Shown: in pieces, positions 57,199 to 64,000 of the stretch | How the letters are laid out: each line of letters opens with the position of its first letter | How positions within the stretch are numbered: position 1 is the first letter of the stretch | Assembly: GCA_963675595.2 (NCBI GenBank) | Contig: CAXXLZ010000001.1 | Location: 256,001 to 320,000 of the forward strand | DNA from: Thermodesulfobacteriota bacterium | GTDB taxonomy: Bacteria; Desulfobacterota; Desulfarculia; JACQYL01 | Reading direction: 5' to 3' | DNA: 64,000 nt | Position numbers and translations under genes: made by a program | Notes under the pieces: model-generated | What the model was told of the DNA's origin: nothing | What the model saw: only the letters and a program-made list of their open reading frames with translations | Database searches by the model: none

Positions 57199-57900
57199 AT
57201 GTTGTCGTATCTTCCCCAAGGGGGCGTATCCGTCGACGATGCGGGATCGGCCCAGCTTCCGATCCGGTTGCGTTTTGAACGGATCGCGGAAAGCGCCCCC
57301 GACGTGGAGTCTTTCGCGTCCAGGGCGATGAAGCTTTTGGGCGATCTCGTCAACGCCCGGAGCATTCAGTTGATCGTTCCGGATTTCAAAAGAGATCGAC
57401 GCTTGATTCAGGCCAAGTTGACGAGAAACGGCGGGAAACGGCGGATGGAATTCGACGACTCGGAATTCTTCTACCAGAAATCGGGGGTCAAGCGGAGGAG
57501 AACTCCGACCTATCTCCTTCAATCACTCTATCTCTATGCCCTGGAACTCCCACAACGCTGGTCCGCGACCTTGCGAATCGAGTTTCCGGGCATTTCCATC
57601 TTGTCTTATTCCGATGATTCAAACCTCAGGAAACTGCTCAGGTCCATGAGTCGCGGTCTTCATGTCGTGCTCATGAACGAGGAGCTGCATCGTTTGGAAA
57701 GACGTGTGGAGGAAGAGGAACAAGTCAACCAGGACCTGAGGGAGTTTACCGCGAACCTGAGTAAGGAATTGCATTGTTTAAGTAGTTTCTCCACGGTTCT
57801 GGGGCAAATCTTCAATGTGGCCGAGATTCCGTTTGGATTCCGACGGGTCCATGTTTTTCCGACACGGTGGACCGGCCCCGGCCGGAGGAGGAACGCATGA
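57199..57900 (+). CDS. Hypothetical protein, possibly a truncated sensor/regulator
   Basis: Coiled-coil-like ELHRLERRVEEEEQVNQDL followed by an abrupt low-quality tail overlapping the next ATG. Confidence 0.45.
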   Translation: MLSYLPQGGVSVDDAGSAQLPIRLRFERIAESAPDVESFASRAMKLLGDLVNARSIQLIVPDFKRDRRLIQAKLTRNGGKRRMEFDDSEFFYQKSGVKRRRTPTYLLQSLYLYALELPQRWSATLRIEFPGISILSYSDDSNLRKLLRSMSRGLHVVLMNEELHRLERRVEEEEQVNQDLREFTANLSKELHCLSSFSTVLGQIFNVAEIPFGFRRVHVFPTRWTGPGRRRNA

Positions 57901-58913
57901 TCGTAGACGTGGTGTATGGATTCTTGGGGGCGGGAAAGACCACCTTTGTACGCCGGCTTCTGGACCGCCCCCCCAAGGGAGAAAAGCTCGTCGTGCTTGT
58001 CAACGAATTCGGCGAAGTGGGTTTGGACGGGCTTCTGCTGGCCGAGCAAGGAGCCGACATCGTTGAAATGCCTTCAGGCTGCATTTGCTGTACCATGTCC
58101 ACGGATTTTCGTCGGCGCTTCATGGAAATCCATGAGGAGTTCTCACCGGACCGTATCGTGGTCGAGCCCACCGGAGTGGCCACCATTTCGCAAATTCAAA
58201 GCCTGCTGGAAAGAGAGGACCTGCGTCCCCTCTATTCCCACGTCTACCGGATTCACGTACAGGACGCCTCCGAGTTCCTTCACTTCATGAAATCTCATCG
58301 GCACTTCATGATTAACCAGGTGCGGGGAAGCAACGTGGTGGTGCTCAACAAAACCGATCTGGTCGAACCCAACCTTGTGCGCATGCTGGTGGACTCCATC
58401 AAAGAAATCAATCCCGACGCTCGGGTGTTCCCCACGACCTTTGCCCTGTTGGATGAAGAGCTCATGCCGGAGATTTTGGGGGCGCCTTCTCCCATCGTTT
58501 CCGCCGTGGATACGTCGGAGGTCCCCCACGGTCATGAACATGCTCCCTTGGAGCACGGAGAATCGGTTTCCGGACACGATCACGATCACAATCATGATCA
58601 CAATCACGAAGAAGAGGACTGGGGGTTTGCCGGCCGATATGCGTCGTTCGGGCGTCGTTACTCCGAAGGTCAGGTCTTCGAGCCGGAGTGTCTGATCGGT
58701 CTTTTCGAGAAACTGATCCGCAAGGACCTTGGAATGGTAGTACGGGCCAAAGGAGTTTTCCGCGTTCCCGGTGAGTGTCTGAAACTGGAAATCGCTTCGG
58801 GACAGCTTCGTCGTGAGGAAGGACCTCGCACCCCGGAAAGTGTGGTCTCCATCATCGGACAGTTTTTGAACACGGAAGCGCTGGAGGCGCACTTGCGGAA
58901 ATGTCTGGTTTAG
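57897..58913 (+). CDS. CobW/COG0523 family GTPase metallochaperone
   Basis: GFLGAGKTT, VNEFGEVGLDG, GCICC, VEPTG, NKTD, His-rich tract, RAKG. Confidence 0.92.
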   Translation: MIVDVVYGFLGAGKTTFVRRLLDRPPKGEKLVVLVNEFGEVGLDGLLLAEQGADIVEMPSGCICCTMSTDFRRRFMEIHEEFSPDRIVVEPTGVATISQIQSLLEREDLRPLYSHVYRIHVQDASEFLHFMKSHRHFMINQVRGSNVVVLNKTDLVEPNLVRMLVDSIKEINPDARVFPTTFALLDEELMPEILGAPSPIVSAVDTSEVPHGHEHAPLEHGESVSGHDHDHNHDHNHEEEDWGFAGRYASFGRRYSEGQVFEPECLIGLFEKLIRKDLGMVVRAKGVFRVPGECLKLEIASGQLRREEGPRTPESVVSIIGQFLNTEALEAHLRKCLV

Positions 58914-59005
58914 GATGCCGTCCCGTTGTGCCGGCTCGCACGGATCACGCTCGTGGTCCCGGTAACTCCCGAATCGAAGCGACGGGACGGAAGCGGGAGG
59001 CGTCC

Positions 59006-59587
59006 GTGGAAAGGGGAGAAGAGTTCCTAAGGTGTTTCCGCGGGATTCCCGGTGTTGATCCGGTCTTCCTGCTCGATGAAGCCGACCGGTTCAAGTTGTT
59101 GGAAATTGAACCGGGTGCGGAAAAGAAGTCCTTCCTGGGTTTAGGCAAGGCATACAACAGCGGCATTCGTGAAATAATCGCCTGCCCCGTGGTAATCCTC
59201 GGCTTCACGAGCAAGGCGTTTTCCTGGGGCTGCGAGTCCCACATATTGCTGAAAAAGGACGATCGCGTCGTGGGAGAGGAGATTTGGGACCCGAACAAGA
59301 TCAGAGAGCTGGAGAGTCTGCCCGACATCTGGTTTCTTCACAGAAATTTTGTCGTCTACAAGTCCAGGGTGGATTTTCCGAGGGACGTTGTGGAACAGCG
59401 GTGCTGCTTTGAGTTGCCCGCGGTACTGTTCGAGCAGGAGTTGGAAGGAATGCCCCCGGACTGCGAATGTATCGTCTGCTATCCCTCGACCCGTGGAGAC
59501 GTGTTCCTGAAAGAGACGTATCTCGCCGGTAAGGGTGAACGGGGCACGGGCACGGCCCTTTTCGGCATTCGGAATCTCGATCTTTGA
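59006..59587 (+). CDS. Hypothetical protein
   Basis: GTG start with GGAGG SD; co-directional with its neighbours. Confidence 0.6.
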   Translation: MERGEEFLRCFRGIPGVDPVFLLDEADRFKLLEIEPGAEKKSFLGLGKAYNSGIREIIACPVVILGFTSKAFSWGCESHILLKKDDRVVGEEIWDPNKIRELESLPDIWFLHRNFVVYKSRVDFPRDVVEQRCCFELPAVLFEQELEGMPPDCECIVCYPSTRGDVFLKETYLAGKGERGTGTALFGIRNLDL

Positions 59588-59635
59588 GGAGTTCTTCGGA
59601 AGGTTCAAGAGAGGAAACATGGGGAGATTGGTGGC

Positions 59636-59872
59636 ATGCCTCGACTATCCGTCGCTATGGACTTGGGCACGAGCGGTTTGAGGGACCAGGCATTGGACGT
59701 AGGGAACAAAGAAATCATATCCACCGTCATTACCACCCGACATCCTTTGCCCGGGGCCAATGTCATCGACCACCTGCATTTGGCCATCGAAATGGGAGTC
59801 GAAGTGTCCGCCGGCAGGCTTGACCCTTCAAACGAAACCAACCCCACAGCGGAATTCCCTACGAGGACTTGA
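59636..59872 (+). pseudogene. N-terminal fragment of an ASKHA corrinoid-protein reductive activase (RamA-like)
   Basis: VAMDLGTSGLR...STVITTRHPLPGANVIDHLHLA matches my recollection of the family N-terminus; the ORF stops after 78 aa. Confidence 0.7.
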
Positions 59873-59978
59873 GGCGTGTCCGGGCGGATATGATCGAGGT
59901 AAGTTCTTGAGGACCAATTGAAAGGGTTTGAAAGGTTCGTGGGCTTTCACTATTCTGAAAATTTAACGGAGGAAAATA

Positions 59979-60665
59979 TTGATAGACTGGACAGTCGTGA
60001 CCCGCTTGGCGCTTGCCGGCTTTTTGGCCGGGCTGGTGGGCATTGAGAGGGAGACTCACGGGCGCAGCGCGGGCTTGAGAACCAATGTCCTGGTGGGCAT
60101 GGGGTCGGCACTGTTCATGATCCTTTCCTCCCAACTCAACTCGCTCTATCCGACGCTCGACAGCCATAGCATACTAAGATTGGACCCCGGCCGCATCGCC
60201 TCCTATGCCGTCGCCGGGATGGGTTTCATGGGAGCGGGCGTCATTCTCAAAGGGAAAGGGGACATTCGGGGTGTCACCACGGCTGCATGTCTTTGGGTGA
60301 ATACAGGCGTGGGGCTGGCAGTGGGCTGCGGCATGTGGTTGCCGGCCGTCGTTCTCACCACCTTCACGCTGTTCACGCTCATCTGTCTAAAATATATCGA
60401 TATGCAACTGCATCGCGACCTTTACAGCATATTGGAAATTCAGTCGGAGGACCTGCCCGGACAACTCGATGCGGTCCTCAAGGTCATCTCCGAAAGGGAC
60501 GGCAGCGTCCTTTTCGTGGAATACGACCAGAACTTGAGAAACCGAACCGTTGAATACAGCATCAGTCTCAAGATGAAACGACAAGGACCCTGGAGGGAAA
60601 TCGCCGCCGAAATCTCCGCACTTCCCGGATTGAACCGGGTTTGCTGGCGGAGTGGGCGGGTATGA
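59979..60665 (+). CDS. MgtC/SapB family protein
   Basis: GIERE...AGLRTN, DPGRIAS, GMGFMGAG, GVTTAACLW. Confidence 0.92.
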   Translation: MIDWTVVTRLALAGFLAGLVGIERETHGRSAGLRTNVLVGMGSALFMILSSQLNSLYPTLDSHSILRLDPGRIASYAVAGMGFMGAGVILKGKGDIRGVTTAACLWVNTGVGLAVGCGMWLPAVVLTTFTLFTLICLKYIDMQLHRDLYSILEIQSEDLPGQLDAVLKVISERDGSVLFVEYDQNLRNRTVEYSISLKMKRQGPWREIAAEISALPGLNRVCWRSGRV

Positions 60666-60689
60666 AATTATAGACAAGGGAATGCGACT

Positions 60690-62366
60690 ATGATTCTCGG
60701 GTTGGATGTGGGAGGAACTCACACCGATACGGCTCTGGTTTCTCCCGGGGGAGTGGCCCGGGTGGTTAAAACGCCCACGGGATCGGACCTGTTGGAAACC
60801 TTGACCGAAGCTCTCACACGGGCTCTCGAAACCATTCCTTTGGTGAAATTGGAGCGGATGGTTTTCTCCACGACCCTGGCTACCAATGCCGTAGTCCAGG
60901 ACCGGCTTGATCCGGTGGGTATGATGGTCATGGCCGGGCCCGGGATCGATCCCGAGCTGTATTCCGTGGGACCGTGTTATCGAACGATCCCGGGAGTTGT
61001 GGATCATCGCGGCAAGGAAGTGGTGCCGCCCGACCGCAGAGCCGTCGAGGGAATCCGGGAAGAAATGGGGTGGCTGGGACTGGACAAGGTGGGCGTCGTG
61101 GGAAAATTCAGTGTCCGGCATCCGGGCCATGAGATGTCCGTGAGGACCTGGATCAAGGACCATTTTTCCCATGTGGCTTTGGGACATCGGATTTCCGGGG
61201 GGTTGAACTTCCCCAGGCGCATCCACACGACCTATCTCAACGCCGCGCTCAACGACATCCACGTCGAATTCGTCCAATCTCTTCAAGCGACCCTCGACCG
61301 GTTGGGTCTCGACGCTCCGAGTTACCTGCTTAAACCGGAAGGCGGCACGATTCTTATGGATCGTTCTTTCGATCAGCCCGCCCATACCGCCCAATCGGGA
61401 CCCGCGGCGAGCGTTATCGGGGCCATTGCGCTTCATTGCACTCCTCAGACATCCCTGGTGCTGGATATCGGAGGCACCACAACGGACATGGCTGTGATCA
61501 TGAACAGCGCGCCGCTGCTGAATCCCACGGGTGTTCGTATCGGCCCCTACAAGACCTCGATACGTTCCTTGTACACCTGTTCCATCGGGGTAGGCGGGGA
61601 CAGTGAGGTGCGTATCGACAAGCAGGGAAATCTCAGGGTGGGACCGAACCGCCAAGGGCCGCCGGCGGCCATGGGTGGAAGCGTTCCCACGCCTACGGAC
61701 GCCCTGGTGTTTTTGGGAAAACTAAAGGCGGGAAGGGCTTCGAGAGCGTGCGACGCCATCGAGAAGCTGGCGCAGAAGATCGAGAAACGACCGGAAGAAA
61801 CGGCGGAGCGGATCCTTGAGGAAGCCGCCCGGGTGATTGCCGAGGGAGCGAGCCAATTCATTCAGGAGATCAACAGCCAACCCGTCTATACCATCTATGA
61901 ATTGATTGAAGACCGCAAGGTGGAGCCGGAACGGGTGGTGCTTATCGGGGGGCCTGCCCTTTGCCTGGCTCCGTATGTCCAGGAAGCCCTCGGACTGCCC
62001 GCGGCGGTGCCCAAACACTACAAGGCGGCCAACGCCATCGGCGCCGCGTGTGCTCGGGTCACTACGGAAATCAATCTGCATGCCGACACGGAAATGGGAA
62101 AAGCGGTAATCCCGGAGGAGGAATTCGAGACGTCCATCGGTCGGGACTTCACCATCGAAAACGCTCGCGCCATGGCGGGCGAACGCCTGAAGGAAAGAGC
62201 CTTGCGACAGGGCGCCAACCCGGAAGAGCTTCAGGTGACCGTTTGCGACGAACAGGTGTTCGGCATGGTCCGCGATTTTCAGCGCGTGGGGACCAACATA
62301 CGGCTTCGCGCCCAGATCACGCCGGGCCTTACCCGCAAATGGATGCATGAACTGTGCGAGATATGA
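60690..62366 (+). CDS. Hydantoinase/oxoprolinase family protein
   Basis: GLDVGGTHTD, STTLATNA, SGPAAS, DIGGTTTD, PTPTDA, ANAIGAA. Confidence 0.9.
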   Translation: MILGLDVGGTHTDTALVSPGGVARVVKTPTGSDLLETLTEALTRALETIPLVKLERMVFSTTLATNAVVQDRLDPVGMMVMAGPGIDPELYSVGPCYRTIPGVVDHRGKEVVPPDRRAVEGIREEMGWLGLDKVGVVGKFSVRHPGHEMSVRTWIKDHFSHVALGHRISGGLNFPRRIHTTYLNAALNDIHVEFVQSLQATLDRLGLDAPSYLLKPEGGTILMDRSFDQPAHTAQSGPAASVIGAIALHCTPQTSLVLDIGGTTTDMAVIMNSAPLLNPTGVRIGPYKTSIRSLYTCSIGVGGDSEVRIDKQGNLRVGPNRQGPPAAMGGSVPTPTDALVFLGKLKAGRASRACDAIEKLAQKIEKRPEETAERILEEAARVIAEGASQFIQEINSQPVYTIYELIEDRKVEPERVVLIGGPALCLAPYVQEALGLPAAVPKHYKAANAIGAACARVTTEINLHADTEMGKAVIPEEEFETSIGRDFTIENARAMAGERLKERALRQGANPEELQVTVCDEQVFGMVRDFQRVGTNIRLRAQITPGLTRKWMHELCEI

Positions 62367-62389
62367 CGGCAATCGAGGAGTGAAAACTC

Positions 62390-63697
62390 ATGCTGAAGGC
62401 CGAAAAGAAGATGGGGCTCATATTTTTCCCGGCCTACGACTGGGCCATCAGTCCCAATCACCCCGAGCGCGAAGAACGCCTCCTTTACACTCAGGACCAG
62501 GTACTGGAGGAGGGCGTGCTCGACATCGAAGGAATCCGCGAATACCGTACCCGGCCGGCGACCGTCGAGGACATCCGCCGAGTTCACTTCTGCGTGCCCG
62601 ATGAGCCCTCGGTGACCACGGAAAGCCACATGATCTCCGCGGGAGGCTGCATCGTGGCCGCGGACGCCGTCATGAAGAAGGAAGTGGATTGTTCCTTCGC
62701 CCTGGTCCGCCCGCCGGGGCACCACGCCACCCGCATCGTTCACGGGAACCGAGGCTTCTGCAATGTGAACATCGAAGCGGTCATGATCGAATACATTCGG
62801 GATACCTACGGAGTGCGCAAAGTCGCCGTGGTGGATACGGACTGTCATCATGGAGACGGCACCCAGGACGTCTATTGGCACGACCCGGACACCTTGTTCA
62901 TCTCCCTGCACCAGGACGGAAGGACTTTGTATCCCGGGACGGGATTTCCCAATGAAGTGGGCGGCCCCAACGCTTTAGGGGCCACCATGAATATTCCCCT
63001 TCCGCCTCATACCGGGGAGAAGGGAATCCTGTACGTCCTGGAAAATCTCATCATGCCGGCGTTGGAGCGCTTCCAACCGGAACTGATCATCAACTCGGCC
63101 GGCCAGGACAATCACTACCTGGACCCCATCACCAACATGAACTTTTCCGCGCAAGGGTATGCCCGACTGTCCAAAATACTTAATCCGGACATTGCCGTGC
63201 TCGAAGGAGGATACTCCATCGAAAGCGCCCTGCCGTACGTGAACCTCGGAATCATCCTGGCCATGGCGGGCATGGACACCACCCACGTGAAGGAACCCCG
63301 CTACGACGAGCAATACCGGCCGCAGGAAGACCGGATCAGCTCCTACATCGAACGTCTGGTGGAGGAGCTCGGACCCTATTTCTTCGAGGGCAAATGGGGC
63401 GGTCCCACCTATGAGATCGGAAGCGTGGCCACCAAATCCAGAGTGATCCATTACGATACGGATATGATCTCCGATAATCAGACCGAGCACGTGCGGGTCT
63501 GTGGAGACTGTGGAGGATGCTGGAAGATTCACTCGTCTTCGACCCGCGGCAGGCGGGTGCTGGTGGTGCACATTCCGCGCAACGCCTGTCCGGAATGCGT
63601 CAAGAAAGGCATGGATTGGTTCGACCGGGAGGAACCCGAGGATTACGATCATGTCTTCCTTCAGGATCGCACGAACCGGCAATATCTTGTGAAGTAA
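62390..63697 (+). CDS. Histone deacetylase family protein
   Basis: HPEREER, RPPGHH, GFC, DTDCHHGDGTQ, SAGQD, LEGGY. Confidence 0.92.
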   Translation: MLKAEKKMGLIFFPAYDWAISPNHPEREERLLYTQDQVLEEGVLDIEGIREYRTRPATVEDIRRVHFCVPDEPSVTTESHMISAGGCIVAADAVMKKEVDCSFALVRPPGHHATRIVHGNRGFCNVNIEAVMIEYIRDTYGVRKVAVVDTDCHHGDGTQDVYWHDPDTLFISLHQDGRTLYPGTGFPNEVGGPNALGATMNIPLPPHTGEKGILYVLENLIMPALERFQPELIINSAGQDNHYLDPITNMNFSAQGYARLSKILNPDIAVLEGGYSIESALPYVNLGIILAMAGMDTTHVKEPRYDEQYRPQEDRISSYIERLVEELGPYFFEGKWGGPTYEIGSVATKSRVIHYDTDMISDNQTEHVRVCGDCGGCWKIHSSSTRGRRVLVVHIPRNACPECVKKGMDWFDREEPEDYDHVFLQDRTNRQYLVK

Positions 63698-63700
63698 CTC

Positions 63701-64000
63701 ATGGATCGCCAGGCCTTGTTTCAAAGCCTGAGGCGGCGTTATCCCGTCTTCCGATATCGGAGCTTCCACAAGGAAGAAACGGCGGACCGCCTCAGGCTCA
63801 CCTTTCACTTCGAAATTCCTCCGGACATTCATTTCGATCCTTACGTGGAGATTTTCAGGCCGGTGACCGGGTTTGTTTATCCGGACCCGGCGGAAACGGA
63901 CAACCTCGTCTTTCACCTGGGCCTTATTGAGGCGATCAGTTACTGGAAGTGCGTGTGCGCACCGCGAATCTCCGTGGAATGCGGCGCGTTGACCTCCGAC
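63701..64000 (+). CDS. Partial protein, MurL-like (runs off the window)
   Basis: Open frame MDRQALFQSLRRRYPVFRY...LVFHLGLIEAISYWKCVCAPRISVECGAL; the SYWK motif recalls the MurL epimerase family. Confidence 0.55.
   Translation, partial: MDRQALFQSLRRRYPVFRYRSFHKEETADRLRLTFHFEIPPDIHFDPYVEIFRPVTGFVYPDPAETDNLVFHLGLIEAISYWKCVCAPRISVECGALTSD

Noticed and set aside
58575-58610. Short tandem CACGAT/CACAAT repeat as a contingency locus
   Set aside because: Imperfect and in frame; it encodes the usual His-rich tract of CobW-family proteins.
1-64000. CRISPR array, tRNA/rRNA genes, prophage or transposase
   Set aside because: No regularly spaced direct repeats, cloverleaf or rRNA signatures, or matching ORFs were seen by eye.

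Overview
GC-rich chromosomal window whose gene content fits a Desulfobacterota/deltaproteobacterial anaerobe (inference). It holds signalling genes (binding protein/histidine kinase/two response regulators/TonB-dependent receptor, an MCP, a CHASE2 cyclase with a FecR-TPR-barrel partner, HDOD proteins, an RHH-PilZ fusion), housekeeping enzymes (mprF, glgP, P1 peptidase, pirin, penicillin acylase family, hydantoinase-like, HDAC-like), three tandem ~940-aa flagellins plus flaG, and a ccdA/thioredoxin region. The strongest unexplained structure is non-coding. (1) Each flagellin has a proximal sigma28-type promoter and, further upstream, a second one followed by a conserved ~80-nt structured element with compensatory stem changes. 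That element is complementary, at three colinear sites, to the flagellin start codon, to the Shine-Dalgarno hairpin (up to 25/25 nt) and to a conserved UGCCGG leader loop, so it is a candidate flagellin-antisense RNA system. (2) Three tiny genes upstream of ccdA each have an in-frame TGA followed by a SECIS-like hairpin, a candidate selenoprotein cluster; one of them is missing from the ORF track. (3) A sigma54-type promoter precedes a ~110-nt terminated sRNA candidate with an anti-SD stretch. Two copies of a ~120-bp MITE-like repeat are also present. No rRNA, tRNA, CRISPR array or transposase was seen. All calls were made by eye without database searches.
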